This document shows positions 29,202-40,256 of a stretch of 64,000 nt of DNA, piece after piece. The position numbers and the translations under genes are program-made. Each line of letters opens with the position of its first letter. The stretch's first letter is position 1. The DNA is from an uncultured Chitinophagaceae bacterium (lineage in GTDB: Bacteria; Bacteroidota; Bacteroidia; Chitinophagales; Chitinophagaceae): the NCBI GenBank assembly GCA_964412885.1, contig CAYPQN010000002.1:83131-147130 (forward strand), written 5' to 3'. The notes below the pieces were generated by a model that worked only from the letters and a program-made list of their open reading frames with translations, had not been told where the DNA came from and ran no database searches.

Positions 29202-31331
29202 CTATCTCGATTCATAGGTCAACCCCATATTATAGAAGAGGAAGGCCCATTTGTCCGCCTGTTCTTCAATAATCATGGAGGTGGGCTTTCCCGCTCCGTG
29301 ACCGGCATTGGTCAGAATACGGATCAAAACAGGCCGGGAACAGGATTGCTTATCCTGAAGTTCCGCGGCAAACTTGAAGGAATGCGCCGGCACTACCCGG
29401 TCATCGTGATCCCCGGTCATCACCAGAGTGGCTGGGTAGCAGGTCCCTGAACGCAAATTGTGCACTGGGGAATATCCGAGAAGATAGTCAAACATTTCCT
29501 TGCTGTCCTCGGCCGTGCCATAGTCAAAAGCCCATCCTGCCCCGGCGGTGAACTTATGGTAGCGCAGCATATCCAGTACGCCCACGGCAGGAAAGCATGC
29601 GGCAAACAGTCCGGGGCGCTGGGCCATAACGGCGCCGACCAGCAGTCCTCCGTTCGATCCTCCGGATATGGCCAGACGGCTGGAATCCGTATATCCCAGC
29701 TGAATCAGATACTCGGCGGCGGCGATAAAATCATCAAATACATTCTGCTTGTTCATTTTGGTCCCCGCCTTATGCCAGTCCCCCCCGTATTCTCCTCCCC
29801 CCCGCAGATTGGCTACGGCATATACGCCCCCGTTCTCCATGAACACCAGGTTGGAAATGCTGAATGAAGGGGTCAACGAAATATTGAATCCCCCGTATCC
29901 ATAGAGCATGGTCGGGTTCTTCCCGTCCAGGACCAAACCCTTCTTATGCGTAATGATCATGGGAATGGTCGTCCCGTCCCGGGAAGGATAGAATACCTGG
30001 TGGCTTTCGAACTGATCGGTATCCACCGCTATGTCCGCTTTCTTGTATACCTGTGATTCCCCCGATTTCAGGTCATAACGGAAAATGGTCGGCGCATCGA
30101 TATAGGAGGTATAACTATAGTATATTTCCTTCTCCTGCGCTTTAGCGGAAAATCCAGAGGCCGTACCCAGGCCCGGAAGCTGAATCTCCCTTTCCAGGTT
30201 TCCGTTCAGGTCATATTGAAACACCTTGGAGACCGCATCCATAAGATAGCGAGCAAAGAGTTTATTCCCCCCGGTAGACACAGTTAAGGGGAAGTTTTTC
30301 TGCCCGATCAGTTCCTTCCAGTTCTCTCTTTGGGGATTGGCGGCGTCGGTAACCATGAGCCGTCGATTGGGGGCATTCTCATTGGTCAGGATAAACAGCT
30401 TGCCTTCGGCAGCATAGACAATATCCTGCTCGTGTTCAAATCCGGTAACCAAAGGCAGGATTGGGGACCCGGGCTGACGAAGGTCCTGAATATAGAGCTC
30501 ATTGCCATAGGTGGCATTGGCCGCCGTAATGACCAGAAAATCCCCGTTCTCAGTGACCTGCCCCCCGATATACCGGCGCGGGGTAGCCTCCCCTCCGAAA
30601 ATCAGCTCGTCTTCGGACTGAGGCCTTCCCAGGCGATGGAAAAAGAGCTTATGGTGTTCGGTTCGGCCGGAAAGGGCAGATCCGGTCTCGGGCTCATCAT
30701 AGCTGCTGTAATAGAATCCCTCGTTCCCTCTCCAGGAAAGGCCGCTGAACTTAACGTTCTTTAGGGTATCGCCGATCCTCTTCCCGTCGCTGGTCTGCAG
30801 CACCACCACCTTTCTCCAGTCTGATCCTCCCTCGGAAATCTGTATGGCGCATAGGCTCCCCTCCTTGTTGAATTCTATGCCGGCCAGAGAACTGGTACCA
30901 TCCGCCGAGAACTCATTGGGATCCAGAAATACTTCTGTATTCCCCTGGGCATCTTCCCGGTAAAGAACATACTGGTTCTGCAGCCCGTCGTTCTTGAAAT
31001 AATAGGTGTAATTCCCCTCTTGGAAAGGCGCCGAATATTTTTCATAATTCCACAGGGTTTCCAGGCGTTGGCGAATGGATTCCCGGAATGGAATCTGCTC
31101 CAGATAAGCATAGGTGACTTCATTTTGTCGCCTCACCCAATCTTTGGTTTCTTCAGACAGGTCATCTTCGAGCCATCGATAGGGATCGGCGACTTCCTTG
31201 CCGAAGAATACATCTTTTTGATCGGATTTACGGGTTTCGGGATATTTTCCGCGAAAGGCGGCTTGATCTTGGGCCATGGTCCAGGGCGCTAAATAGAATA
31301 AAACAAGGAAACAAAATAAGCTCTTTCTCAT
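29202..31331 (-). CDS. Prolyl oligopeptidase (S9A), secreted/periplasmic
   Basis: Signal peptide. VADPYRWLED N-terminal motif, GGSNGGLL catalytic Ser and C-terminal DDRV...GHG acid/His residues. Confidence 0.92.
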   Translation of the reverse strand: MRKSLFCFLVLFYLAPWTMAQDQAAFRGKYPETRKSDQKDVFFGKEVADPYRWLEDDLSEETKDWVRRQNEVTYAYLEQIPFRESIRQRLETLWNYEKYSAPFQEGNYTYYFKNDGLQNQYVLYREDAQGNTEVFLDPNEFSADGTSSLAGIEFNKEGSLCAIQISEGGSDWRKVVVLQTSDGKRIGDTLKNVKFSGLSWRGNEGFYYSSYDEPETGSALSGRTEHHKLFFHRLGRPQSEDELIFGGEATPRRYIGGQVTENGDFLVITAANATYGNELYIQDLRQPGSPILPLVTGFEHEQDIVYAAEGKLFILTNENAPNRRLMVTDAANPQRENWKELIGQKNFPLTVSTGGNKLFARYLMDAVSKVFQYDLNGNLEREIQLPGLGTASGFSAKAQEKEIYYSYTSYIDAPTIFRYDLKSGESQVYKKADIAVDTDQFESHQVFYPSRDGTTIPMIITHKKGLVLDGKNPTMLYGYGGFNISLTPSFSISNLVFMENGGVYAVANLRGGGEYGGDWHKAGTKMNKQNVFDDFIAAAEYLIQLGYTDSSRLAISGGSNGGLLVGAVMAQRPGLFAACFPAVGVLDMLRYHKFTAGAGWAFDYGTAEDSKEMFDYLLGYSPVHNLRSGTCYPATLVMTGDHDDRVVPAHSFKFAAELQDKQSCSRPVLIRILTNAGHGAGKPTSMIIEEQADKWAFLFYNMGLTYESR

Positions 31332-31469
31332 TGATGAAAAGGTTTATAACCCGAATCCGATGGCGGATTCGGTCAGTGGCCCGAAATTACTGCCCTTTTG
31401 CGAGAATTGAATTAAAGGGGGAAGGATAGCCCTGAAAAAATCCCTATTTTCATATAGACTGGCGGGCTT

Positions 31470-34400
31470 ATGCCCGAGCCGTCCTATTTTTGTCTTTTTG
31501 CTTTGGCTGTGCTCAGAAGAATATATCGACTCCTTCGCAATACCTTGCTGATTCTCATCAGCCTTTTCCTGCTGTTCAGCCTGGCTCTGTATCTACCTTC
31601 TTTCCAGAACCTCGTCGTCCGCCAAATTACCCAGTGGGGATCCAAGCAATGGGGAACCGCCTTTGAAATTCAGAGAATACATATAGGCTGGTTCAACCGG
31701 CTCCGTCTCGAAGGACTCTATTTGGAAGATCAACAGGGAGACACGCTGATCTATGCCGGCAGACTCCAGGTCAGGGTCAGCGATATTCTGCAGTTCGGAT
31801 CCGGAAAGGCCCAGATCCGCTATGCTGGCCTCGAACAGGCCAAAGCCCGGATCAGCCGCGAAAAGGGCTCGGATCAATGGAATTTCCAGTTCCTCCTCGA
31901 TGCTTTCTCCTCCTCCGGGACAGAACCCGGTTCGGGGTCCCGGACTATAGAGTTCCAGCTGCGCGACATCGAATTCAAAGACCTGGACTTCCGCATGCGG
32001 GATGCCTGGAAAGGAGAGAATCTGGATCTGTCCCTGGGTTCCTTCCGCCTGGATGCCCGTGGCTTGGATTGGACTAAGAAAATCATCGACATCCGGCTTC
32101 TGGAAGCCAAAGGGCTGAGCTACATAGCCCGCTCCTATGAAGGGGGAGCTCCGCTGCCGCCAGCGACCGCCCTTCCCCTCCCCCTTACCCATTCCCCTGC
32201 GGACACTAGCTGGACCCCTTTCAACCCCGATGGATGGCAAATCCGTCTGGGCAAAATCGAGATCCAGGAATCCCATTTCCAAATGGAGGCCAATGAAGGT
32301 CCGGGCCGCAAAGGGGAATTCGATCCCGAACACCTGATTGTCCGCTCCATAAACCTGCTGGCCAGGGACCTGGAACTCCGGGACGACACCCTGAGCGGGC
32401 ATATAGAAAATCTTTCGGCCAAAGAAAGGGGGGGACTGGAAATCCGCCATCTATCCACCCGGTTCCGCCTATCCCCCAATGCTACCCTATGCGAAGACCT
32501 GCGGCTCGAGACTCCCCGATCCCGCCTCGAGAACTATTATGCCATGCATTATGGGCGATTTGCGGATTTCCAACGATACGTCGACAAGGTCCTAATGGAT
32601 ATCCGGCTGAAAAACAGCCACCTGGACCTCAGGGATCTGGCTTATTTCGTGCCCGCACTTCAAGGCAAGGAATCGGTGATCCGGGCCAAAGGGGAAGTCC
32701 GGGGCCGAGTGGGGGAGCTCCGGGGCAAAGGATTGGTAATCACCGATGGTTATGGCGGCATTACAGGGGATATGGAAATCCGTGGCCTTCCCGATATGCA
32801 AAACACCTGGATCCATTACCAAGGTACGATCATGGGTTCTGGCCCCCGGGTTCTCCACTATGTTCCCCAATGGCAGGATCATCCCAGCCTGGCCCTGGAA
32901 AAACTGACCCACTTCCATTTCGAAGGGCAATTGAGGGGATCGCTGGCCGCCTTCGAAACCCATGCGCGCATCCAGACCAATATGGGCGCCCTGGGCCTGG
33001 ACCTGAATTACTGGGACAAAGGAAGGGGGGAACCCCGCTATGAAGGCAATCTGGTCATCAGCCGATTCGAACTGGGCACTTTATTTCGCAATGCGCAATG
33101 GGGTATAATCGATGGCCGGGCATCGCTTCAAGGGCAGGCCCTGAATCCCCAGACCGCCCAGGTTCAGCTCAAAGCCCATTTTCAGGAGCTGGGATTCCAT
33201 GGATATGCCTACCAGAACCTTAGTGCCGACGGAGTCCTGGAGCAAAACCGATTCACCGGACTGGCCATAGTCAACGACCCCAATCTCGCCCTTTCCTTCA
33301 ATGGATCCCTGGATTTCCGAAACCGGGACAGCGTGGAAATCATTGCCCAGGCCCATCTGCTCCACGGAGATTTCCAGGCCCTGCAATTCAGCGAATTGCC
33401 CATGAGCGGCAGTGCGGACTTTGACCTCAACCTCATGGGAAGCAGCCTGGAACAGTTCCAGGGCTATGCCCGGCTGTACAATATCAACCTTCGCCGGGAG
33501 AATCACCGCCTGGACTTGGATTCCGTATATGCGGTATCGACCCAGGAACCCGGAGGGAAAAGGGAAATCCGGGTGGAAAGCAACGCCCTTTCTGCCCACC
33601 TCCAGGGGGACTTCCACTTGTCCACCCTGGGCAATTCCGTTCAGTATTATCTGAGTGGCTACCTTCCCAACTATATTCCTCAGCCCGAAGGGGAAGCTCC
33701 CCGCCAGGATCTGCGGTTTTCCCTGACCACCCGGGCCGTGGACAGCCTTCTGGCGGTAATCCGTCCCAGCATTCGGGGATTCAGTCATTCGGAGATTCAG
33801 GGAAGCCTCAATACCGAATCCCAACGCCTGTCCTTTCAGGCCCGGATCCCCTATGGTGCTGTCAATGCCATGAGCATAGAAAATACCCGGATATTCACCG
33901 AAGGGGACTTTCAAATCCTCGGCATCCATGCCGAGGCGGAACTGGCCCAAATGGGCAGCCTGGCAGGCAACCTTAGCCTGACCACCACCCTGGGCAATGA
34001 TTCCATGCGCTTCAGTATTGCCACCTATCCCAGTGGAGAGGAAAAAGGGGCCTATGGAACCGCCACCATAAATGGAATGGCCTTTGCCCGGGCCGACAGC
34101 CTCCACTTCCGCCTATCGCCTTCCGAATTCTATCTCGACCAAAAGCGGTGGCTGATCCCGGACGGAAGCCAGGTGGTCTATGCCGGACAATATCTCTGGG
34201 TAGACCAGTTCCACCTGCGCAGTGGTCACCAGCACCTGTCCATTCAGTCAGACTCCACCGACTCCCGGGCCGCCCTAAGGCTGAAGATCGAGTCCCTGGA
34301 GCTCAATAGCTTCAAGCGGTTTCTGCCCACCGAAGACATGGAATGGCAAGGTATATTGAACGGGGAAGTGGCCGTGCACCATCTCTTTGACTCGCTGAGG

Positions 34401-36356
34401 GTGGGAGCCCGCATCCAGGCCCAGTCAGTGGCCATCGGAAAGGATACCCTGGGGGATGTCCGTCTCTTTGGCCGGTATAACCGAAAATCCAACCGCCTGG
34501 AGATCCAGGAGAAATCCGGAATATTCCGGGGCAACCAATCCATCACCTGTTTTGGAGATCTGGTATTCCTGGACAGTCAGTCCACTCAGAAACTGGACGG
34601 TAAGCTGGTCTTTTCCCAGGCCCCGATAAGTTGGGCCTCCCCTTTCCTGCGCGGATTTGTCAGCGAATTGGGCGGAGTGCTGAACGGGACTATTTCCCTA
34701 AAGGGATCCGGATCCCGGCCCGATGTGCAGGGTTTGGTCCGTCTGGACGATGCGCGGATGAGGCTAGACTTCCTGGGCACCCGCTATGAGATCCATCATG
34801 CCAACATCGAGATCAACAATCAGGAAATCAACCTGGGCAACATAAAGCTGTTCGACCAGTTCAAAAATCCCGCCGACCTCAGCGGGCGGATCAGCCATAA
34901 CCGTTTCAAGAACCTGAGGCTAAACATACAGGCAAAGTCCCCCCGATTCGAAGTAGTGAACCTGAAGGCCTCGGACGGTCAGGCTTTCTACGGTAATTTG
35001 GTGGCCGGATTTCAGTCCCTCTCCGTTTCCGGACCGATGGACGATATATCGGTACGGATCTCTTCGGCCACCCCGGTGGAAAAATCCCATCTGTATATCC
35101 CTATTGTGACCGGAACCGGAGCGGGAAGTTATCATTATGTCCATTTCAAGTCCCCCGACTCCCTGCAGACGGAACCCGAGCTGGTCAAAAGGAGCAAGTT
35201 GAGGATCAGCATCAATGCCCTGCTCAACCCCCTGGCCGAGGTCACCTTGGTCCTGGACCCCAGCACCGGTGATGCCATCCATGCCGTGGGCACCGGGAAT
35301 ATGAACCTGGAAATTCCCTCCGACGACGATATCCGGCTTTACGGACTTTTCGACATAGAAAAAGGAAGCTATGTATTTACGCTCAAACAACTGCTATTCC
35401 GCCGCACCTTCCAGCTGAATCCCGGAAGCCGGATCAGCTTCAATGGGCCTATTAGCCAAACCGAACTGAACGTGGAGGGCACCTATACCACCCAGACCCG
35501 GCTATATGATCTGCTGGACATGACGGAAAGAGCGGCCCTACAGTCTGATTCCCGGGAAGAATCCGAAACCATGGCCCCTCAGGATGTGAATATCCTGCTT
35601 TCCATGCGGGGTTCCCTCGAAGAGCCGGACCTGCACTTCAAGATTGACCTCCCCGACAAAAGGATGGTCGGATCCATTGCCTATACCAAATTGATGCGCA
35701 TCAACCTGGATGAGACTCAGCTGTTCAACCAAGTAGCTTCCCTGCTGCTGATTAACAGCTTTATCTCCCCGGTGAACGACATAGGGGGAGGAGCCCGGGC
35801 AGGAGTACTTAGCAATGCCGGTGAGATCCTTTCGGCCACCGCCTCCTCCCAACTGACCAATATCGTCTCCCGGATCACCGGGGACCAGAATCTCAGCCTT
35901 GGCCTGCGCTACAAACAATACAGCTATACGGAAATGGGACCAGACCAATCCATGGCCGGTAGCCGCAATGAGATCAGCCTGGACCTGAGAAAGAACTTCC
36001 TCAATGACCGTCTGAGCATTGAGGTCGGGAATGCTTACGACTGGGGAAGGCCCAGTGCCGAAGGCAACAAGAACTACTTCAATCCGGCCGGAGACTTCCG
36101 CATCCAATACCAGTTCCGGGAAGGGGGCAACCTCCGGGGATATATATTCCGGACCAGCAATTTCGACGCCATAAACAACGATAACCTATCTCGGGGGGGA
36201 ATGGGGATTTCCTGGAAAAGGCAGTTTGACAATCTGGAAGAGTTTTTCTTCGGAACCCGTTATGCCCGCAAGCAGGTGGAAGAACAGAGAAGGCAGAGAA
36301 AATCCGAGGACCAGCAAGAGGAAAGCAAATCTATCCCACCGGGATCCACCCCCTGA
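31470..36356 (+). CDS. tamB: Translocation and assembly module protein TamB-like (giant AsmA/DUF490-type envelope protein)
   Basis: 1628 aa with a single N-terminal TM anchor, then a long beta-rich repetitive body. The C-terminal region (...GDFRIQYQFREGGNLRGYIFRTSN...) resembles the TamB/DUF490 end. Confidence 0.78.
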   Translation: MPEPSYFCLFALAVLRRIYRLLRNTLLILISLFLLFSLALYLPSFQNLVVRQITQWGSKQWGTAFEIQRIHIGWFNRLRLEGLYLEDQQGDTLIYAGRLQVRVSDILQFGSGKAQIRYAGLEQAKARISREKGSDQWNFQFLLDAFSSSGTEPGSGSRTIEFQLRDIEFKDLDFRMRDAWKGENLDLSLGSFRLDARGLDWTKKIIDIRLLEAKGLSYIARSYEGGAPLPPATALPLPLTHSPADTSWTPFNPDGWQIRLGKIEIQESHFQMEANEGPGRKGEFDPEHLIVRSINLLARDLELRDDTLSGHIENLSAKERGGLEIRHLSTRFRLSPNATLCEDLRLETPRSRLENYYAMHYGRFADFQRYVDKVLMDIRLKNSHLDLRDLAYFVPALQGKESVIRAKGEVRGRVGELRGKGLVITDGYGGITGDMEIRGLPDMQNTWIHYQGTIMGSGPRVLHYVPQWQDHPSLALEKLTHFHFEGQLRGSLAAFETHARIQTNMGALGLDLNYWDKGRGEPRYEGNLVISRFELGTLFRNAQWGIIDGRASLQGQALNPQTAQVQLKAHFQELGFHGYAYQNLSADGVLEQNRFTGLAIVNDPNLALSFNGSLDFRNRDSVEIIAQAHLLHGDFQALQFSELPMSGSADFDLNLMGSSLEQFQGYARLYNINLRRENHRLDLDSVYAVSTQEPGGKREIRVESNALSAHLQGDFHLSTLGNSVQYYLSGYLPNYIPQPEGEAPRQDLRFSLTTRAVDSLLAVIRPSIRGFSHSEIQGSLNTESQRLSFQARIPYGAVNAMSIENTRIFTEGDFQILGIHAEAELAQMGSLAGNLSLTTTLGNDSMRFSIATYPSGEEKGAYGTATINGMAFARADSLHFRLSPSEFYLDQKRWLIPDGSQVVYAGQYLWVDQFHLRSGHQHLSIQSDSTDSRAALRLKIESLELNSFKRFLPTEDMEWQGILNGEVAVHHLFDSLRVGARIQAQSVAIGKDTLGDVRLFGRYNRKSNRLEIQEKSGIFRGNQSITCFGDLVFLDSQSTQKLDGKLVFSQAPISWASPFLRGFVSELGGVLNGTISLKGSGSRPDVQGLVRLDDARMRLDFLGTRYEIHHANIEINNQEINLGNIKLFDQFKNPADLSGRISHNRFKNLRLNIQAKSPRFEVVNLKASDGQAFYGNLVAGFQSLSVSGPMDDISVRISSATPVEKSHLYIPIVTGTGAGSYHYVHFKSPDSLQTEPELVKRSKLRISINALLNPLAEVTLVLDPSTGDAIHAVGTGNMNLEIPSDDDIRLYGLFDIEKGSYVFTLKQLLFRRTFQLNPGSRISFNGPISQTELNVEGTYTTQTRLYDLLDMTERAALQSDSREESETMAPQDVNILLSMRGSLEEPDLHFKIDLPDKRMVGSIAYTKLMRINLDETQLFNQVASLLLINSFISPVNDIGGGARAGVLSNAGEILSATASSQLTNIVSRITGDQNLSLGLRYKQYSYTEMGPDQSMAGSRNEISLDLRKNFLNDRLSIEVGNAYDWGRPSAEGNKNYFNPAGDFRIQYQFREGGNLRGYIFRTSNFDAINNDNLSRGGMGISWKRQFDNLEEFFFGTRYARKQVEEQRRQRKSEDQQEESKSIPPGSTP

Positions 36357-36385
36357 TTTTCCCCTAGTGACGGAAGGTCTATTCT

Positions 36386-37588
36386 TTACCGAAAGGGGAG
36401 CCGGGAGGAGACCAATGTTTCCATTATGGATTCCAACCTGGCCGATACAGCCTCCCATCCGAACCGGTTGCGGACAAGCTCCATTCCTTTTTGACCGGTC
36501 TCCCTTCTGAGCTCCGGGGAACCGATTAGGGAGACCACTCTATGGGCAAAATCCGCATCGTTCTCCTCCATGAAGGCCCCCTGTCCGGAAACGATACCCA
36601 AGCCCCGAAAACCTATGGGACTGCAAACCACGGGGACCCCCATGGCCATGGCCTCCAATACCTTATTCTGGGTTCCTGCCCCGAAACGGAGGGGGGAAAC
36701 CAGCACCGAAGCCTGATCATAAACTCCGGCCAGGTCCTCCACGAATCCAGTGACCGTGACCGATTCCGAAGCGAGGTCCAGGACCTGCTTCACCGGCCGC
36801 TGTCCGGCGATGACGAATCGGATCTGGGGAATTTCCTTCTGTATTCTGGGCAGAATATGATGGACAAAATACACCACGGCATCCACATTGGGCGCATAGT
36901 CCATATTGCCGGTAAACAATATAGGGGACTGGGAGTCATAATCCTGACTCCGGGGGGAAAAATGATCCAGGTCCACCCCATTGGGCAAAAGATCTATGGG
37001 GGCCCGGGGATGCATTTCCCTCAGATAGTCCTGGTCTTCGGCAGAACAAACTAATACCTTGGGAAAGGCGGCCAGCATTCTTCCTTCATAGGGCAGAAGC
37101 CGCCGGTATTCCATCGAGGCAAAACAGCGGGCCAGCCAGGATTTCTCCCTCTCCTTCCTCCGGGACCAGTAAAGGGAAAATGCATCAGGCATATCCAGAA
37201 TAGCCGGAATATGGTCCAGAGGAAGGGGGTATTCGGCCATGCGGATATGCTGAACATGGATCAGGTCCAAAGGGACCTGCTGCTTCAGTTCCGCCAAAGC
37301 CGATTTCATGGCCTTAGAACGAAAATAGGCCACCTGGAAAGGCAGGGGTCCCCACCCATGGAGGGCCGTGCGGGCCAGAGATTTCCAGGCCGGCAAGGGA
37401 ACAAAACGGACTGTCTGGAAATAAGGTTTCAGTTCCTTCTGGTAAGCCATCTCTCCCCGGCTCTGGGCAAAACAAAGCAAGTGCAGGGCATGCCTCCGGG
37501 ATAAATGCCTGGCCAGATGAAAAATCTTCAGCTTATCCCCCCGGTAAGGAGGATAAGGCACCCGGTTCGCAAGAAAGAGGATATTCAA
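36386..37588 (-). CDS. Glycosyltransferase, GT4/GT-B fold
   Basis: MNILFLANRVPYPPYRGDKLKIFHL N-terminus and a C-terminal E-x7-E-type region (GTQNKVLEAMAMGVPVV). Confidence 0.8.
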   Translation of the reverse strand: MNILFLANRVPYPPYRGDKLKIFHLARHLSRRHALHLLCFAQSRGEMAYQKELKPYFQTVRFVPLPAWKSLARTALHGWGPLPFQVAYFRSKAMKSALAELKQQVPLDLIHVQHIRMAEYPLPLDHIPAILDMPDAFSLYWSRRKEREKSWLARCFASMEYRRLLPYEGRMLAAFPKVLVCSAEDQDYLREMHPRAPIDLLPNGVDLDHFSPRSQDYDSQSPILFTGNMDYAPNVDAVVYFVHHILPRIQKEIPQIRFVIAGQRPVKQVLDLASESVTVTGFVEDLAGVYDQASVLVSPLRFGAGTQNKVLEAMAMGVPVVCSPIGFRGLGIVSGQGAFMEENDADFAHRVVSLIGSPELRRETGQKGMELVRNRFGWEAVSARLESIMETLVSSRLPFR

Positions 37589-37611
37589 GGCTGCTAAAGA
37601 TCGACACAGGT

Positions 37612-38811
37612 TTATTTGAGGATTTCATGGCCGAGTTTATCTCTTTTGGTCTGAAGATAAAACTCATTGTAGGGGTTGGGCTTGATCTCAATCGGGCAGT
37701 TCTCCACGATTTCCAGGCCATAGCCCAGAAGCCCTGCCCTTTTGCGGGGATTATTGGTCATAAGCCGGATCTTGGAAATACCCAGATGGCGGAGGATCTG
37801 GGCCCCCACGCCGTAATCCCGCTGATCATTCTTAAACCCCAGGGCCAGGTTGGCTTCCACGGTATCTTTGCCCTCTTCCTGAAGTTTATAGGCCTTGAGC
37901 TTATTGAGCAAGCCTATGCCTCTGCCCTCCTGGTTCATATAAAGGACCAGACCCTTTCCTTCGGCCTCGACCATTTTCATGGCCGCATTCAACTGCTCTC
38001 CGCAGTCGCAGCGCAGGGAATGCAGGGTATCCCCGGTAAAACAGGAGCTGTGCACCCGCACCAGCACGGGCTCGTCTTTCTCCCAATCCCCCTTCTTCAA
38101 GGCCAGGTGATATTCCCCCGAATTGGTCTGCTCAAAAGCAATCATCTCAAAGTTCCCGTATCGGGTAGGCATCTTCACCCGAACAGCTTCCCGGATCAGG
38201 GTCTCCCTTTCCAGGCGATAGGCAATCAGGTCCTTTATGGATATGATCTTTAAATCGAATTTCCGGGCTATTTCCATCAATTCCGGCAACCGGGCCATGG
38301 TGCCGTCGTCGTTCATGATTTCCACCAGCACCCCCGCCGGCTCAAATCCGGCCAGACGGGCCAGATCCACCGTGGCCTCCGTATGTCCGGCTCGGCGCAG
38401 CACGCCTTCCGAACGGGCCCGCAGCGGGAATATATGTCCCGGGCGGCCAAGATCTTCAGGCCGGGTCTTGGGATCGATCAGGGCCTGCACGGTTTTGGCC
38501 CGATCATGGGCCGATATCCCTGTGGTGCAGCCCTGTCCCTTGAGGTCCACGGAAACCGTGAACGGGGTCTGGTGAAGGACGGTATTGTCTTCCACCATCA
38601 GGTTCAGGTTCAACTCTTCACAACGCTCCTCGGTCACCGGAGCACAAATCAGCCCCCGGCCGTGTTTCGACATGAAATTGATCACTTCGGGGGTGACATT
38701 GGCCGCGGCGGTGACAAAATCTCCTTCATTCTCTCTGTCCTCATCGTCGACCACGATAACCAACTTCCCTTTCTTCAGGTCTTCGAGGGCAGATTCTATG
38801 GTATCCAGCAT
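37612..38811 (-). CDS. ribBA: Bifunctional 3,4-dihydroxy-2-butanone-4-phosphate synthase / GTP cyclohydrolase II
   Basis: DHBP synthase motifs ([25 protein letters not shown]) are fused to GCH-II ([11 protein letters not shown]...[15 protein letters not shown]). The ATG at 38811 (MLDTIESAL) matches family starts. The 28-aa upstream extension in the track is doubtful. Confidence 0.92.
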   Translation of the reverse strand: MLDTIESALEDLKKGKLVIVVDDEDRENEGDFVTAAANVTPEVINFMSKHGRGLICAPVTEERCEELNLNLMVEDNTVLHQTPFTVSVDLKGQGCTTGISAHDRAKTVQALIDPKTRPEDLGRPGHIFPLRARSEGVLRRAGHTEATVDLARLAGFEPAGVLVEIMNDDGTMARLPELMEIARKFDLKIISIKDLIAYRLERETLIREAVRVKMPTRYGNFEMIAFEQTNSGEYHLALKKGDWEKDEPVLVRVHSSCFTGDTLHSLRCDCGEQLNAAMKMVEAEGKGLVLYMNQEGRGIGLLNKLKAYKLQEEGKDTVEANLALGFKNDQRDYGVGAQILRHLGISKIRLMTNNPRKRAGLLGYGLEIVENCPIEIKPNPYNEFYLQTKRDKLGHEILK

Positions 38812-38935
38812 AATCCGATTTCCGTCTTTACGAATAAGAGGTAAATTTACCACCAATTCAGCCCATTTCCCTAATCTGCGGATCAATAATTTCAATAAAC
38901 CAGATGAATTTGTCCGAAATCAGGACCTGGCGGAC

Positions 38936-40156
38936 CTAATCCCGCTGGCCCGCCTTTAAGCCCTCCAAGGCCTCCAGGACGGGGCGGGCCAGTTTCTGGC
39001 TCGCATAATGCTGCGCTACCCAGTCCTGGGCTTCCCGGATCATTTCCCTGACCCTGGCGGGATGGCAAAGGATCTGCTCGGCCGCCTCCTGAAAAGCTTC
39101 AGGGGAATCGGCCAGAAAATAATGTTTGCCGGGCAGGGCATCGATCCCTTCCATACCCCTCCGGGTACTGATTACCAGCTTCCCCGCCGCCATGGCCTCC
39201 AAAATCTTGACCCGGATACCCCCGGAGGACAGAAGGGGCACCACCAGAATGTCCATATCCCGGATAAAATCCGGGGCCGAGGGAACCTGCCCATGGACGA
39301 AAACACCCTTTCTCTGATAATTCCGGAACCGAGGGGGCATGTTCCGGCCTCCGAAATGAAATTCCCCGTCAGCCATAACGGACTCCATCCGGGGCCAGAC
39401 TTGGACCAAGAACCAGTCTATCCCCTCCTGATTCGGGATCCAATCCATGGCTCCCAGGTGGTAAAACCGGCGGAGGGGACGATCCTGCGGCTTTCCCTCC
39501 CCAAATTCCTTCAAGCCAAATGGCCAACAAACCTGAGGCTTGTCCCTTGCCGCTTCCGCCAGTCTGCGCCCGTCTTCAGGGGTAATGGGCAATAACAGAT
39601 CGTAGAGATTCCAAACAGTCTCCTCATAGCGCCTCATTCGACGGGCCAGAGAACTCAGGTAGGCTTTACGAATCGGCCCCGTCTCCCTCAAAGACAGTCT
39701 TTCCCAGATCTGATATTCCAGGTTGTGCAGCCGCAGCACCAGTTTGGCAGGGGTCAGCTCCCGGATCCGGGGAATATAGGAGGAAAGGAAAACGGATTCA
39801 AATTGGATGAAATCCGGCTGAAATTCCCGGATCACCGATTCCAGCTCCCGGGCGAAACCCGGATCCCGGAACCGGGGAACATGGTAGGGGAGGCGGGAGA
39901 AAATCCAGTTTCCGAGCATAGGTATCAGGGCAATGCGATTGTCCACCGACACCATGGATTTTCCGGCCAGTCCCGGATACAGCCTGGACCATACCTCCTG
40001 GGAGACCGGATGCCTGCGGGTGTTCATGGACAGCAGATAGACGGACAGACCGGAATCCAAATAAGCCGAAAGGGTGGCGTCCATGGCCAGGTTACCCCCA
40101 TCGGTCAGGGGATAAGGTACTCGGTTGGTCAGTATGAGCATTCGCCTCACCGCCAT
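38936..40156 (-). CDS. Glycosyltransferase, GT4/GT-B fold
   Basis: MLILTNRVPYPLTDGGNLAM N-terminus and C-terminal GGIRVKILEAMAAGKLVIST. The start is ambiguous (40141/40156/40192). Confidence 0.75.
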   Translation of the reverse strand: MAVRRMLILTNRVPYPLTDGGNLAMDATLSAYLDSGLSVYLLSMNTRRHPVSQEVWSRLYPGLAGKSMVSVDNRIALIPMLGNWIFSRLPYHVPRFRDPGFARELESVIREFQPDFIQFESVFLSSYIPRIRELTPAKLVLRLHNLEYQIWERLSLRETGPIRKAYLSSLARRMRRYEETVWNLYDLLLPITPEDGRRLAEAARDKPQVCWPFGLKEFGEGKPQDRPLRRFYHLGAMDWIPNQEGIDWFLVQVWPRMESVMADGEFHFGGRNMPPRFRNYQRKGVFVHGQVPSAPDFIRDMDILVVPLLSSGGIRVKILEAMAAGKLVISTRRGMEGIDALPGKHYFLADSPEAFQEAAEQILCHPARVREMIREAQDWVAQHYASQKLARPVLEALEGLKAGQRD

Positions 40157-40256
40157 ATGGCCAAAATTAGGGCATCCATTCCGGGAATTCACCCCCCTGC
40201 TTTTTTTTGAAAGGATTCCCCGACCATGAGCAGACTGAATTGGCTATTTTTGTCCC

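Noticed and set aside
38812-38935. An FMN (RFN) riboswitch was expected upstream of ribBA.
   Set aside because: The spacer is at most about 124 nt. Its minus-strand sequence lacks the conserved RFN core elements I know (e.g. GGTGAAATTCC … CCGACAGT). No call made.
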